A stretch of DNA of 64,000 nt, from NCBI GenBank assembly GCA_045401115.1, contig CP174359.1, positions 652,667-716,666 on the forward strand, given 5' to 3'. The notes under the pieces were generated by a model. It did no database searches, had not been told where the DNA came from, and saw only the letters and a program-made list of their open reading frames with translations. Position 1 is the stretch's first letter. Each line of letters begins with the position of its first letter. The translations under genes and the position numbers were made by a program. Shown here in pieces: positions 1-11,583 of the stretch. This stretch comes from Candidatus Phycocordibacter aenigmaticus (GTDB taxonomy: Bacteria > Patescibacteriota > Minisyncoccia > Phycocordibacterales > Phycocordibacteraceae).

Positions 1-3000
1 CATCAGGAAGTATAACCACAACCTTTGTATTGTCTTCGGTGCGAATTTCTGACACTTCTCCTGATACTTGTGACACGATACCTGAACCCTTCGGTGGTCG
101 TTTGTCGAAGAGTTCTTCAACACGCGGCAAACCATGGGTGATGTCACCACCAGCTGTTGCAGTACCACCAGAGTGGAACGTACGCATAGTAAGCTGTGTA
201 CCCGGCTCACCAATAGCCTGAGCAGCAACAGTACCCACCGCTTCACCAAGGTCGATAAGATTACGGTTTGTTAAATCAATACCGTAACAAAGCTGACAAA
301 TACCGCGATTTGATTCACACGTCATTGGTGACCGTGCAAAGATTTCTTCAATACCCGCGTCACGAATTTCTTGCGCAATTTCCTGGGTAATCAATGTACC
401 TCGTTTGAACGATACACCTTTTTCATCGATCGCTTTTGCAAGCACACGACCGAAGATAAGTTTTGCAAGATCGGCTTCCATACCGCTTGGCCGAACTTTC
501 TTAATTGAGACACCTTCTTTCGTACCACAGTCATGCTGAGACACCACGACATCTTGCGCGACGTCAAACAAACGACGTGTCAAATATCCAGCTGATGCTG
601 TCTTAAGTGCGGTGTCTGAAAGACCTTTTCGTGAACCGTGTGTGGTCGTAAAGTACTCGGTTGGGGTAAGCCCCTCTTTCATACCGGAGACAATTGGGAA
701 CTCGATGACTTCACCTCGGGTGTTGTTCATAAGACCCTTCATACCGGTCATCTGCACCAAGTTACCAGTTGAACCACGAGCACCTGACTGAATGATGGTC
801 GCGACCGATGAATGTGGATCCATAGATGGAACCACGTGTTGCTCAAGATCGGTTTTCGCTTTCATCCAAAGTTCAATTGAGAGACGTACACGCTCTTCTT
901 TTGTCAGCAAACCTTGGTCATACTGCTCTCTAATTGACTTCACTTCTTCGAACGCTTTGTCGATAATATCTTGTTTCTCTTTCGGAGTCTTAAGATCATC
1001 GATACTCCAACTAATACCCGAATGCGTTGCAAATCGGAAACCAAACGTTTTAATCTTATCGAGAATTGCAGGAATTTCTTCCAAACCGTATTTCTTAATA
1101 AGGTCGTTTACCAATGCAGATAATTTACCTTTAGTAATCTCTTCGTTCACGTACGGATAATCAGACGGTAGGATCGAGTTAAAGAGCAGACGTCCAACCG
1201 ATGTTTCAAATCGTTCGCCGTTAAATATGTCGTAGCGTTTTGTTTGAGATGGCTGTACCCATACTTTTGCTTGAAGGGCGATATCACCAAAGTCATGCGC
1301 GAGGATGGTGTTGTTAGGAGTCGCAAAGTATTTTCCTTCACCTTTTACTCCTTCAACAATACGGGTCATCCAGTACACACCAAGTGCGATGTCATGACTT
1401 GTGGCGACAACCGGATCTCCTGATCCCGGCTTGAGCACGTTACGATTCGCGGACATGATAGTCTTTGCTTCAAGCTGTGCTTCTTCAGAAAGAGGCACGT
1501 GTACCGCCATTTGGTCACCATCAAAGTCAGCGTTAAACGCCGGACAAACGAGTGGATGTAGTTGAATAGCATTACCTTCAATCAGGATTGGACGGAATGC
1601 TTGGATACCTTGGCGGTGAAGTGTCGGTGCACGGTTTAGAAGTACGTATTTACCTTCAATCACCTCTTCAAGAATCGCCCATACTTCGGGGATGCCTTCT
1701 TCAATAAGGCGTCCTGCTCCACGAATATTATGTGCAAGATCGCGCGCAATTAGACGTGAGATAACAAACGGACGGAAGAGTTCAAGCGCCATGTGTTTTG
1801 GTAGACCACACTCGTCAAGTGAAAGTTCCGGACCAACGACAATGACTGAGCGGCCTGAGTAGTCAACACGCTTACCAAGCAAGTTGAAACGGAAGTATCC
1901 CTGTTTACCTTTAAGATAATCGGCGAGTGATTTCAGTGGTCGCTTCTGCGCTGATGAGCCCGGTGAGAATGCACTACCGCCACGGCGAATAGAATTATCA
2001 AGCAGGGCATCAACCGCTTCCTGCAAGATACGCTTTTCGTTACGCAAAATAACGTCAGGCGCGTGAATGTCACGAAGCTTGGTGAGTCGGTTGTTACGGT
2101 TAATAACACGACGGTAGAGGTCGTTCACGTCACTTGTTGCATGGCGACCTGAGTCAAGCGCCACCATAGGACGAAGTGCTGGTGGGGTTACAGGAATCCG
2201 GGTAAGGAACATCCATTCAGGACGTACTCCTGCTGCGTGCATTGAGCGCACTAACGTGAGTCGTTTGTTCAACTTTTCACGCTCAGCAGCACCTGCTTTT
2301 TCAAGACGCTCTTCAAGTTTCCCAATGAACTTATCGAAATCAATTTTCTTAAAGAGTTCATAAATCGCTTCTGCACCAATACCTGCTTCAAAGAATGTGC
2401 CGTACTTCACTGAGAAGCGGTGGTAATCAATCTCATCAAGCACGATACCTTCACGAATTGATTCAATGTCTGACTTTGCTTCAAGCATGCGCTTCTTGAG
2501 CTCTGCCTGTGCCTTTTCATTCGTTATAGTCTTTAGCTTGGTTTTGTATTCGCTTTCAAGCTCTTTAACTAAACGATTACGTTCACCTTCGTTCACCTTG
2601 GTTACAATGTAGCCGGCAAAGTAAATCACTTTTTCAGCATCAGCTGCGGTGACACCAAGAATAAGGGCGATACGACTCGGTACACTGCGAAGGAACCAAA
2701 TGTGCGCTACGGGAGTAATGAGTTCAATGTGCGCCATGCGTTCACGACGTACCACTGAGCGCGTTACCTCGACACCACATTTTTCACAAATAATGCCGCG
2801 GAAACGTACTCCTTTGTATTTGCCACAGTAACATTCGAAATCCTTGTCCGGACCAAAGATGCGTTCGTCGAACAGACCGTCTTTTTCAGATCGTTGTGTT
2901 CGATAGTTGATTGTTTCTGGTTTTCGTACTTCACCCCACGACCAGTCAAGAATACGTTCAGGACTTGCCAATAGGAGTTGCATCCAATCGAAGTCTGATG

Positions 3001-3031
3001 TATCCGGTATTGATCCTCGTTTTTGTTCCAT
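1..3031 (-). CDS. rpoC: RNA polymerase beta' subunit, 3' end runs off the window start
   Basis: Absent from the ORF track because there is no stop in the window. Manual translation from ATG 3031 gives [20 protein letters not shown], Zn-finger CYCGKYK..CEKCGVE and catalytic NADFDGDQM (~1510-1536). Confidence 0.98.
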   Translation of the reverse strand, partial: MEQKRGSIPDTSDFDWMQLLLASPERILDWSWGEVRKPETINYRTQRSEKDGLFDERIFGPDKDFECYCGKYKGVRFRGIICEKCGVEVTRSVVRRERMAHIELITPVAHIWFLRSVPSRIALILGVTAADAEKVIYFAGYIVTKVNEGERNRLVKELESEYKTKLKTITNEKAQAELKKRMLEAKSDIESIREGIVLDEIDYHRFSVKYGTFFEAGIGAEAIYELFKKIDFDKFIGKLEERLEKAGAAEREKLNKRLTLVRSMHAAGVRPEWMFLTRIPVTPPALRPMVALDSGRHATSDVNDLYRRVINRNNRLTKLRDIHAPDVILRNEKRILQEAVDALLDNSIRRGGSAFSPGSSAQKRPLKSLADYLKGKQGYFRFNLLGKRVDYSGRSVIVVGPELSLDECGLPKHMALELFRPFVISRLIARDLAHNIRGAGRLIEEGIPEVWAILEEVIEGKYVLLNRAPTLHRQGIQAFRPILIEGNAIQLHPLVCPAFNADFDGDQMAVHVPLSEEAQLEAKTIMSANRNVLKPGSGDPVVATSHDIALGVYWMTRIVEGVKGEGKYFATPNNTILAHDFGDIALQAKVWVQPSQTKRYDIFNGERFETSVGRLLFNSILPSDYPYVNEEITKGKLSALVNDLIKKYGLEEIPAILDKIKTFGFRFATHSGISWSIDDLKTPKEKQDIIDKAFEEVKSIREQYDQGLLTKEERVRLSIELWMKAKTDLEQHVVPSMDPHSSVATIIQSGARGSTGNLVQMTGMKGLMNNTRGEVIEFPIVSGMKEGLTPTEYFTTTHGSRKGLSDTALKTASAGYLTRRLFDVAQDVVVSQHDCGTKEGVSIKKVRPSGMEADLAKLIFGRVLAKAIDEKGVSFKRGTLITQEIAQEIRDAGIEEIFARSPMTCESNRGICQLCYGIDLTNRNLIDLGEAVGTVAAQAIGEPGTQLTMRTFHSGGTATAGGDITHGLPRVEELFDKRPPKGSGIVSQVSGEVSEIRTEDNTKVVVILPD

Positions 3032-3054
3032 AATACTTTTTTTATCTTTGGCGA

Positions 3055-6000
3055 CTAATTACTGCGACTTTGTGTATCCTCATGTTCGTCATTCTTACCA
3101 AGAACAACGTTCAAACAAAGACCACGAAGTTGGTTTAAGAGCACATTGAACGATGCCGGTGTATGTACATGTTCAATAGTCTTACCTTTTACAATGGCGT
3201 CAAACGCGGCACTCCGACCTTGAATGTCGTCTGACTTAATAGTGAGCATTTCTCGCAGCGTATAAGCCGCGCCATATCCAAGAAGCGCCCAGACTTCCAT
3301 TTCTCCAAACCGTTGCCCTCCGTTTTGAGCCTTACCTCCGAGAGGTTGCTGTGTAATGAGAGAGTACGGACCAATAGAGCGCATGTGAATTTTATCTTCA
3401 ACCATGTGGTGAAGTTTTAGAACATACATGTAACCGACAGTAACGTTTTGTTCAAACGCTGAACCTGTACGTCCGTCATACAACGGTACAGTACCGCTTG
3501 GATCAAATCCTGCCTCTACTAATTCACTGCGAATCTCCTCTTCAGTAGCACCAGCGAACGGCGGTACAACTGCTTGGTAACCAAGCGTGTGTGCGGCAAG
3601 ACCCAAGTGAACTTCGAGAATTTGCCCAAGGTTCATACGACTTGGCACACCCAATGGAGTTAAAATGATGTCCACCGGTTCACCATCTTCGGTATATGGC
3701 ATATCTTCAATAGGAAGCACTTTTGAAATAACACCTTTGTTACCGTGACGACCAGCAAGCTTATCACCCACTGTCACGTTACGTACTTGCGCTACTGTCA
3801 CATAAATCTTCTTGATGGTTCCTGATTCAAGTGAATCACCACGCTCACGTGAGAATACTTTTACACCAACAACACGACCACGTTTACCACCTTCTAAACG
3901 TAAACTTGTGTCTTTTACATCTTTTGCCTTCTCACCGAAGATAGAACGAAGAAGACGTTCTTCTGGTGTGAGTTGCGTTTCTCCTTTTGGTGTAACTTTA
4001 CCTACAAGAATGTCTCCAGTACGCACTTCTGCACCGATACGCACAACACCCTCTTCATCAAGGTTCCGTAAGCGTGTTTCAGAAACATTAGGGATATCAG
4101 GAGTGGTCATTTCCGGACCAAGTTTGGTGTCACGCACCGCGACTTCAAATTCCTCCATGTGAATGGTTGAGAATTTACTCTCACGAACCAAACGCTCAGA
4201 AATAATAATAGCGTCTTCATAGTTGGCACCTGCCCAACTCATAAATGCTACTCGAACATTTTGTCCAAGCGCAAGCTGTCCACGATCAGTTGATGAGCCG
4301 TCAGCAAGCAATTCGCCACGTTTTACTTTTTGATCCAATGATACGGCAGGACGATGATAAAACGCTGAGAATTCATTCGTCATTGAGAATGGCTGTAAGC
4401 GATACTCACGGGTTTTACCTTTTTCGTTCTTAACCGCAACATGATTTGCATCAACTGCAGTGACCGTACCTGCTTCGTCGGCATATACCAAACGACCTGT
4501 GTCACGTGCTGCTGTTTCTTCCATACCAGTTGCTACAAGCGGTGCTTCGGCAACCACACATGGTGTTGCCTGCTTCTGCATGTTTGAACCCATGAGCGCG
4601 CGGTTTGCATCGTCGTTTTCAACAAACGGGATAAGCGATGTGGCAATTGAAAACATTTGATTAGTAGCGACATCAATATATTCCACTTCTTTTTTAGGAG
4701 TGAGCGTTGGTTCACCGTTGCGTCGTGCCTCAATAGTGTCACCAATAAGTTCACCTTTTTCATTCATTGGAACTGCAGCATGCGCAATCGAAACACGTTC
4801 CTCTTCAAATGCATTAAGATACTCAATCTTGTCGGTAACCACACCATTTTCTACTTTTGCGTATGGTGTTTCAATAATACCGAATTCATTAATTTCAGCA
4901 TACGCGGTCAAACGAAGGATCAAACCAATGTTTTGTCCTTCTGGAGTCTGGATTGGACAAAGACGACCATAGTGTGATGTGTGTACGTCACGTACTTCAA
5001 AACCGGCACGTTCACGTGTGAGACCACCGGGTCCAAGCGCTGAAACAGTACGAAGTTCTTCAAGTTCCTCAAGAATGTTTTGCTGTTTACCGAGTTGTGA
5101 AAGTGAGTTTGCAGTAAAGAATTCTTTAATTGCCGCAGCAAGTGGGCGCGGGTTTACAATCTGAATCGGAAGTGAAGTTTCCACGTCGATAGTCGACATT
5201 CTGTCTTGAATGTTGCGCTTCATACGTGAGAGACCAACACGAACACGTGTTTCCATAAGTTCACCGATTTGGCGAACACGACGAAAACCAAGATGGTCAA
5301 TATCATCTGGCTCAGCATGCGGCGTATTATTCAATTCAACGATATGACCGATAATAGTGATCATGTCTTCAAGAGAAAGAGTACGTCTGTCGAGTGATTT
5401 CTCATCCATAGGAAGATCAAATCGTTGATTGAAACGATGTCGACCAGGATACGAAATGTCATATCGCTCTTTTGAGAAGAGTCCAAGTACGTAATCACGT
5501 GCAGTATCAGGGGTCGCTAAGTCGCCATCACGAAGACGTTTATAGATCTCAATAAAAGCCTCTCCTTGCGTTTCAGCTGAGTCTTTTTCAAGCGTTGCTT
5601 GAATTGCCGCTTTACCATGTGGCACACGGTCAAACAGTGAAAGAATGTCTCGGTCATAGGTTGCGCCGAGAATACGAAGCAATGATGTTGCGGGGAATTT
5701 TCGCTTACGGTCAATTTTGATGAAGATTGCACCATCAGGCTCTGACTCAAGTTCAATCCATGCGCCGCGCGCAGGAATAATCTTTGCACCAAAACAACGC
5801 GTTCCTTTTACTTCTTGTACCGTAAAGAACACACCGAATGAACGGGCAAGCTGCGGCACAATAATACGCTCAACACCGTTAATGATGAATGTTCCATGAC
5901 TTGTCATCATCGGAATGTCAGCTAAGAATACCGATTGTTCTTTTTCCGTACCAAGTTGTTTATTAATAAGTTTAACCGTCGCTTTCACTGGAGCGTCGTA

Positions 6001-6246
6001 GGTCATCTTATTTTCCTTGGCAGTGTATTCATCTACCTTTGGTTCACCAACCTCATAACCAGTAAAGGCAAGTTGGAATTTTTTCTTTGAGTAATCGTCA
6101 ACCGGAGAGAACTCTTTAAGAAGATTTGGAATACCTTCACCTAAAAAGGTATTAAAACTCTCTACCTGCGGAGCAACGAGGTCTGGCATTGGCACCCGGG
6201 CCTCTCGATAGCGCTTAAAGCGCTTTTGTGTAATATTTTTTCCCAT
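3055..6246 (-). CDS. rpoB: RNA polymerase beta subunit
   Basis: Motifs [32 protein letters not shown]. Start moved to ATG 6246 ([10 protein letters not shown]) because the longer ORF runs across the promoter. Confidence 0.98.
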   Translation of the reverse strand: MGKNITQKRFKRYREARVPMPDLVAPQVESFNTFLGEGIPNLLKEFSPVDDYSKKKFQLAFTGYEVGEPKVDEYTAKENKMTYDAPVKATVKLINKQLGTEKEQSVFLADIPMMTSHGTFIINGVERIIVPQLARSFGVFFTVQEVKGTRCFGAKIIPARGAWIELESEPDGAIFIKIDRKRKFPATSLLRILGATYDRDILSLFDRVPHGKAAIQATLEKDSAETQGEAFIEIYKRLRDGDLATPDTARDYVLGLFSKERYDISYPGRHRFNQRFDLPMDEKSLDRRTLSLEDMITIIGHIVELNNTPHAEPDDIDHLGFRRVRQIGELMETRVRVGLSRMKRNIQDRMSTIDVETSLPIQIVNPRPLAAAIKEFFTANSLSQLGKQQNILEELEELRTVSALGPGGLTRERAGFEVRDVHTSHYGRLCPIQTPEGQNIGLILRLTAYAEINEFGIIETPYAKVENGVVTDKIEYLNAFEEERVSIAHAAVPMNEKGELIGDTIEARRNGEPTLTPKKEVEYIDVATNQMFSIATSLIPFVENDDANRALMGSNMQKQATPCVVAEAPLVATGMEETAARDTGRLVYADEAGTVTAVDANHVAVKNEKGKTREYRLQPFSMTNEFSAFYHRPAVSLDQKVKRGELLADGSSTDRGQLALGQNVRVAFMSWAGANYEDAIIISERLVRESKFSTIHMEEFEVAVRDTKLGPEMTTPDIPNVSETRLRNLDEEGVVRIGAEVRTGDILVGKVTPKGETQLTPEERLLRSIFGEKAKDVKDTSLRLEGGKRGRVVGVKVFSRERGDSLESGTIKKIYVTVAQVRNVTVGDKLAGRHGNKGVISKVLPIEDMPYTEDGEPVDIILTPLGVPSRMNLGQILEVHLGLAAHTLGYQAVVPPFAGATEEEIRSELVEAGFDPSGTVPLYDGRTGSAFEQNVTVGYMYVLKLHHMVEDKIHMRSIGPYSLITQQPLGGKAQNGGQRFGEMEVWALLGYGAAYTLREMLTIKSDDIQGRSAAFDAIVKGKTIEHVHTPASFNVLLNQLRGLCLNVVLGKNDEHEDTQSRSN

Positions 6247-6369
6247 AACGCAAGAGAAAACGCATAAAGCCCCCACTCGCGGGCCTGCGCCTTTGTATAA
6301 ATTTATGAATAACTCGTGATTTAAACTGCTCTCTCCCCCGGAACTCAATCGAATCTGTGTATGAAGCCT

Positions 6370-6398
6370 ATCATACGTGGCATATCTATTCCCGTCAA
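6370..6398 (-). promoter_or_regulatory. sigma70-type promoter of rpoBC
   Basis: TTGACG-17 nt-TATGAT on the minus strand. Confidence 0.7.
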
Positions 6399-6426
6399 GC
6401 AACGAGAATGTGGATACATAACCAAC

Positions 6427-7077
6427 CTACTGTTCACCCGCTTCCCGACGCCAACGATCTATTTCGGCATGGTTCCCAGAAAGGAGTACCTGAGGGACTG
6501 CGTACTTTTTTCCTTTCCATATGAGAATCTCGGGACGAGTATACGTTTCCGACGAAGCAACTCTTTCTTCTTCCACCGACTCAAATTTTCCTAATACTCC
6601 GGGAATCTGACGGCTTATTACATCAATAACCACCAGTGCCGGCAACTCGCCACCAGTGAGTGTATATGAACCAATAGAAAGCTTACGTGCTTTGAGAATC
6701 TTTTGCACACGCGCATCTACGCCTTCATACCTACCACAAATAAGAATAATATGTTTCTTCTTCCCTACTAATTTCCGCGCATAGACATTTGAAAAATCCT
6801 CACCAGAGGCATCGAAGAAAATAATTTCTACATTTTTTCTATCCTTCCTACCGAGCGCTTTATCAACCGCCCGTAATACGCTTTCCGCTTCGAGCACCAT
6901 ACCGGGACCACCACCATAAGGTTTTTGGTCAACACGGCGATGTTTATCCTTGGTAAAATCCCGTGGATTATAAAAAGAAACTTTTATTTTCTTATCGGTA
7001 ATTGCTCTACCAATAATGGATGTACCTATATACGAATCAAACGATTCTGGAAACAGTGTGACGACGTGGAAGTGCAT
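6427..7077 (-). CDS. trmD: tRNA (guanine37-N1)-methyltransferase
   Basis: Motifs PYGGGPGMVL, LICGRYEGVDAR, SIGSYTLTGGELPA. Confidence 0.97.
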   Translation of the reverse strand: MHFHVVTLFPESFDSYIGTSIIGRAITDKKIKVSFYNPRDFTKDKHRRVDQKPYGGGPGMVLEAESVLRAVDKALGRKDRKNVEIIFFDASGEDFSNVYARKLVGKKKHIILICGRYEGVDARVQKILKARKLSIGSYTLTGGELPALVVIDVISRQIPGVLGKFESVEEERVASSETYTRPEILIWKGKKYAVPQVLLSGNHAEIDRWRREAGEQ

Positions 7078-7146
7078 AGGGACAGTATATAGTAGATAGT
7101 AAGTAGAAGGTAGAAGGTGAAAAGTGGTCGGTGGTAGGTAGAAAGA

Positions 7147-7172
7147 AAAACCCTCGCCGCGGCGAGGGTTTT
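7147..7172. terminator. Intrinsic terminator-like palindrome downstream of khpA
   Basis: AAAACCCTCGCCGCGGCGAGGGTTTT. Confidence 0.7.
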
Positions 7173-7204
7173 AAGTTGTTCTTTTCAACTTTTCAGCGCA
7201 ATCT

Positions 7205-7519
7205 TTAGAGCTTGAGATCTTCAAGTGCCTCATCAACACTCTTTGAAGCTGACGGGTGACTTGCGTGTCCAGTACCACCTTCAGGTTCACTAATTTTGAG
7301 ATTAACGCGTGCATTGTGCTTCATACCTACCACACGAAGAAGGATGCGGATCGCTTTGGCAGTGTTGCCTGAACGACCAATAACTTTACCCATATCGGCA
7401 GGATTAACATCGAGCGTTAAAAGGACTCCCATTTCATCTACTTGGCGTTTTACCTTTACATCGTCCGGATTATCAACCAACGTTTTAACAACGTATTCAA
7501 GAAATTCTTGGTCTTGCAT
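7205..7519 (-). CDS. khpA: KH-domain RNA-binding protein
   Basis: DMGKVIGRSGNTAKAIR GxxG motif, position next to rpsP; probable start MQDQEF. Confidence 0.9.
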   Translation of the reverse strand: MQDQEFLEYVVKTLVDNPDDVKVKRQVDEMGVLLTLDVNPADMGKVIGRSGNTAKAIRILLRVVGMKHNARVNLKISEPEGGTGHASHPSASKSVDEALEDLKL

Positions 7520-7626
7520 ATCTGTAATAGCTTTTCTGTTTAAGGGATAATAACTGGAGTATGCCGTGAAAAACAAAAAAAGTCAAAGTGTATACGAATG
7601 CACAGCTGACCGAGCCACCGGTACTG

Positions 7627-7651
7627 ATGACGGACGTCGGACGTCCGTCAT
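7627..7651. repeat. REP-like perfect inverted repeat
   Basis: ATGACGGACGTC-G-GACGTCCGTCAT, no U-tract. Confidence 0.6.
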
Positions 7652-7705
7652 ATAAAAACACTACGTGATTTGTAGTGTTATGTGTAGCGCTATGTTACAG
7701 GAGTG

Positions 7706-8173
7706 TTATGATGCTGTCTTTTCTGCCTCTTCTGAAGGCTGATCATCCTCAGGTGCCGCCTCTTCTGTTTTTTCTTCTTCAGCAGCAGGAGTAGACGCTT
7801 CTTCTGATGATGTATCAGCTGCACCTTCATCTGCTTCTGATGATTCTGACTCAGTAGCATCAGAAGGATCCTGTTCTTCTTCTACTTCTTCTTTTACGAT
7901 AGGAGTCTTCTTAGGAAGCACGTTCACCTTTTCTCCTTTAATGATTCCTTGAGAAACCAATAAATTATGGACTGTGCCTGAAGCCTTGGCGCCGTGTGAA
8001 AGCCAATGTTGAACCGCTTCAGCGTCAATAGAAGTTTGTTTTGTTTTTGGATGATGTGAACCAACTACAGCAACATTGCGACCAGCACGTGGAGATGCAG
8101 TATGTTCAGCAACCACAATACGAAATGCGGGGTCATTACGCCTACCAGTACGTTGAAATCGAATCTTTAACAT
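7706..8173 (-). CDS. rpsP: 30S ribosomal protein S16 with acidic C-terminal tail
   Basis: MLKIRFQRTGRRNDPAFRIVV...WLSHGAKASGTV. Confidence 0.96.
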   Translation of the reverse strand: MLKIRFQRTGRRNDPAFRIVVAEHTASPRAGRNVAVVGSHHPKTKQTSIDAEAVQHWLSHGAKASGTVHNLLVSQGIIKGEKVNVLPKKTPIVKEEVEEEQDPSDATESESSEADEGAADTSSEEASTPAAEEEKTEEAAPEDDQPSEEAEKTAS

Positions 8174-8182
8174 GTGCCGAGA

Positions 8183-8211
8183 ACTATAGCCTGTTTATGG
8201 AAAAATGACAA
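8183..8211 (-). promoter_or_regulatory. sigma70-type promoter of rpsP
   Basis: TTGTCA-17 nt-TATAGT, 9 nt before the ATG. Confidence 0.7.
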
Positions 8212-8324
8212 CCCCATTCCCCACTCAGTATCCCCACTGCAGATTGAGCTACGGAAAAAACAAAAGAGGAATTCTATGTGGTATTTATTGTGTCAAAAGA
8301 AGTGTAAGGGTATAGTGCAAGGTA

Positions 8325-10253
8325 GTGAATACAAAACATACAGACTCACAGGGGAAATTAAGTGGCGTGATTCAGGTTACTAAAAGCGGTAAGGGTTTTC
8401 TCTTGCAAAGCGATACAGATGATATTGAGATTCCGCAAGAATGGGTACATACTGCCCTTTCTGGTGACGTGGTTGAAATAGCACGACAACGTAAATACGG
8501 AAAACTCATGGGGCGCGTAGTGCGTGTCATTGAACGAAAGACCTCGTCTTTTGTTGGTGAATTAGTAAATACACCAAAAGGTGTACAGCTGAAACCTGAC
8601 AATGGCCGCATCCATTTTAATTTTGCTATTGAAGGAACACCAGGAACAGGCGTTGGTAATAAAGTCGTCGGCTCTGTTGTTGAGTGGGAGTCAACACCAC
8701 CACGCGTCAAAATAGAGCGCGTGCTTGGCCCGGCTGGTGACCATGAAACCGAGATGCACGCAATTCTCGTTGAGCGTGGCTTCGAAAGTGACTTCCCACC
8801 TTCAGTTAAAAAAGCGGCTGATGAATTATATGAAAATGCATGGGATGAAAAAGAAATCGCTACACGTGAAGATTTTAGAGACACATGCACACTCACTATT
8901 GACCCTGAGGATGCTAAGGACTTCGATGACGCTATCTCCCTTAAAGAACTCCCCGACGGTTCATTCGAGGTAGGTGTGCATATTGCTGACGTATCTCATT
9001 TTGTTCAGCCAGGCGGTGCAATCGACCGCGAAGCATATGACCGTGGCACTTCCGTATACCTTGTTGACCGCACCATCCCTATGCTGCCGCCACAACTCTC
9101 AGAGGACCTTTGTAGCTTACGTCCCGAGGTTGACCGTCTCGCTTTCTCGGCAATTTTTACCATCAATACAGACAACGAAGTAGTGGACCGACGTTTTGTC
9201 CGTGGCATTATTCGCTCACAAAAACGATTTGTATATGACGACGCTGATATTGCACTTAAGGACGCCGAAATTCCCTACCATAAAGAACTAAACCGCTTAT
9301 GGGATCTTGCCCGCACACTGCGCGAAAACCGTAAAAAAGAAGGCGCTATCATGTTTGAGACGCCGGAAATTAAACCGGTACTCAATGAGAAAAATGAGGT
9401 ATCCGGATTTAAAACATCTGAATACACCGAGAGCCATCAGTTGATTGAAGAGCTCATGCTTCTGGCAAACCGAGAAGTTGCTTCGTTTGTTACTAACCGA
9501 CTTGGCAAAAAAAACTTACTCTTCATATATCGCGTTCATGACACTCCAGATACTGATCGGTTAGATGAACTTAGTGTATTCCTACGCGCTATTGGATACA
9601 ATCTAAAACAGTCGAAAGATGGAGTTTCTGTACAAGACCTCAATCAACTATTAATGGAAGCCAAAGGAACACCCGAAGAGCAACTTATCCAAACAGCGAC
9701 TGTACGCACAATGTCAAAAGCAATCTATGCTACTAAGAATATTGGTCACTTTGGTCTCGCGTTTGCAAACTATACTCACTTTACGTCACCTATTCGGCGT
9801 TATCCCGACCTTATTGTGCATCGTATACTCGGCGATTTGATTGAAGGTAAAAAGATTACTATTGATCCTACGGTGCAAGCAGAACGCGCCATTCATACCA
9901 GTGCCCGCGAAGCTGCTGCCACTGAAGCTGAACGTACGAGCGTTAAACTTAAACAGGTAGAGTATTTTGCAAACCATATTGGCGAAGCACGAGAAGGAGT
10001 TGTGTCAGGAGTTACTGACTGGGGTATTTATATACGCGACAATGAAAGCGCTGCCGACGGTATGATTCGTCTCGCAACACTCAATGATGATCATTACACC
10101 CATGACCGTAAAACATTTTCAGTTATTGGAGAACGAACTGGAAAAAAAATCCAACTCGGTGACCCAGTAACTGTAGTAGTAGATGGCGTGAATATTGATG
10201 ACCGCACTATCGATTTTAAGTTAAAAGAGGCACATCCAAAGCACAGCAAGTAG
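8325..10253 (+). CDS. rnr: Ribonuclease R (RNB family), no N-terminal HTH
   Basis: TIDPEDAKDFDDA, YTHFTSPIRRYPDL, C-terminal S1 domain. Confidence 0.93.
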   Translation: MNTKHTDSQGKLSGVIQVTKSGKGFLLQSDTDDIEIPQEWVHTALSGDVVEIARQRKYGKLMGRVVRVIERKTSSFVGELVNTPKGVQLKPDNGRIHFNFAIEGTPGTGVGNKVVGSVVEWESTPPRVKIERVLGPAGDHETEMHAILVERGFESDFPPSVKKAADELYENAWDEKEIATREDFRDTCTLTIDPEDAKDFDDAISLKELPDGSFEVGVHIADVSHFVQPGGAIDREAYDRGTSVYLVDRTIPMLPPQLSEDLCSLRPEVDRLAFSAIFTINTDNEVVDRRFVRGIIRSQKRFVYDDADIALKDAEIPYHKELNRLWDLARTLRENRKKEGAIMFETPEIKPVLNEKNEVSGFKTSEYTESHQLIEELMLLANREVASFVTNRLGKKNLLFIYRVHDTPDTDRLDELSVFLRAIGYNLKQSKDGVSVQDLNQLLMEAKGTPEEQLIQTATVRTMSKAIYATKNIGHFGLAFANYTHFTSPIRRYPDLIVHRILGDLIEGKKITIDPTVQAERAIHTSAREAAATEAERTSVKLKQVEYFANHIGEAREGVVSGVTDWGIYIRDNESAADGMIRLATLNDDHYTHDRKTFSVIGERTGKKIQLGDPVTVVVDGVNIDDRTIDFKLKEAHPKHSK

Positions 10254-10291
10254 AACGAGATTCCCCTATTACAGACTTGAGTATGTATATG

Positions 10292-11560
10292 TTATGTACG
10301 TAGTTTGTTAATGCGACCACGAGCACGCTCTGCTTCAATAATACGTTCTACGCCCACAGCAAATGCTGCTGTGCGAAATGAAGTTTCGTGTTTGTATGCA
10401 AAACGAGAGACTACCTGCCACGCCTCAGTCATCACATCAGTAAGCCTTTGATTCACTGATTCACGAGTCATAATTTCACCAGTTCGTGATGCAATCCATT
10501 CAAGATATGACGCGGTGACTCCACCAGCATTTGCCAAAATATCCGGTAATACAACTATGTTGCGTTCTTTTAAAACTGCGTCACCTGCAGCTGTTGTAGG
10601 ACCATTAGCAAGTTCAAGTACTGTATGGACACGCATCTCCTGAGCAACTGTGTCATTAATAACGCCATCAAGTGCTGCGGGTATTAAAATATCAGCGTCC
10701 ATCGTAAGTATTGCATCAGGTTCTCCGCATTGTATATCGTCATCGTCACATAAATCATGGAGAGAGCCACCTTCTTTTTTTATTTTCTCAAGGCGTTTTG
10801 GGTCAAGTCCGCTTTTACACTGCACAGATCCCTGGGAATCAGCAGCTCCCACGATACAGTACCCCTGTTCATGCAGAAGACATGCTGCAGTGGCACCTGC
10901 GTTACCAAAACCATGTACTGTTACCCGTACGTTTTGTGGATTGAGACCTTTTTCCTTTATGTATGCATTTAATACCACCACACCACCAAACGCAGTTGCT
11001 GTATCACGCCCAGGAATACCGCCAAGTGAAAGTGGTTTACCGGTGAAAGTTGCAGGAAGGTTTTTTTGAGCACGAGCTTCATATGCGTCTAGCATAACCC
11101 CCATTAAACGTGCGTTTGTGTACACATCAGGTGCTGGGATATCTTTATCAGGACCAAGTACATCAAAAAACGCGGAAGCATAGGCGCGAGCAACGGCATC
11201 AATTTCATCAGATGAATATTCTTTTGGGTTAAACATAACTCCCCCTTTACCTCCACCGAGTGGCACGCCAACAATTGCACATTTTATCGCCATCATTGCA
11301 CTCAGTGCTTTTACCTCATCTTCATCTGCCTTTGGATGAAAACGAATACCACCTTTGTATGGGCCACGTGCATTATTAAATTGCACACGATATGCCGGCA
11401 GTGATACTTCTTCTCCGTCATGCATTACCTGAAGCATGCGATGTTCAATAGTATTCGGGGTTAGTAAGCACATCCGCTCCGCTTCGGAGAGTTTAAGAAG
11501 TGCAGCAGCACTCTCAATATGTGCACAGTATTCATCAAATGGGTGCAGGGTGGCATTCAT
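10292..11560 (-). CDS. gdhA: Glu/Leu/Phe/Val dehydrogenase, glutamate dehydrogenase type
   Basis: ARGPYKGGIRFHP, GGGKGG, DIPAPDV, GFGNAG, PDILANAGGV. Confidence 0.9.
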   Translation of the reverse strand: MNATLHPFDEYCAHIESAAALLKLSEAERMCLLTPNTIEHRMLQVMHDGEEVSLPAYRVQFNNARGPYKGGIRFHPKADEDEVKALSAMMAIKCAIVGVPLGGGKGGVMFNPKEYSSDEIDAVARAYASAFFDVLGPDKDIPAPDVYTNARLMGVMLDAYEARAQKNLPATFTGKPLSLGGIPGRDTATAFGGVVVLNAYIKEKGLNPQNVRVTVHGFGNAGATAACLLHEQGYCIVGAADSQGSVQCKSGLDPKRLEKIKKEGGSLHDLCDDDDIQCGEPDAILTMDADILIPAALDGVINDTVAQEMRVHTVLELANGPTTAAGDAVLKERNIVVLPDILANAGGVTASYLEWIASRTGEIMTRESVNQRLTDVMTEAWQVVSRFAYKHETSFRTAAFAVGVERIIEAERARGRINKLRT

Positions 11561-11583
11561 ACCTTTAGCATACTGCTCCTTTT

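Noticed and set aside
30-6000. Short antisense or alternate-frame ORFs inside rpoBC, and similar ORFs throughout the window
   Set aside because: Shadows of well-supported genes, with no recognisable motifs.
6247-6402. N-terminal extension of RpoB in the ORF track
   Set aside because: It spans the -35/-10 promoter and has no RpoB-like sequence; the same applies to the extension at 27289-27603.
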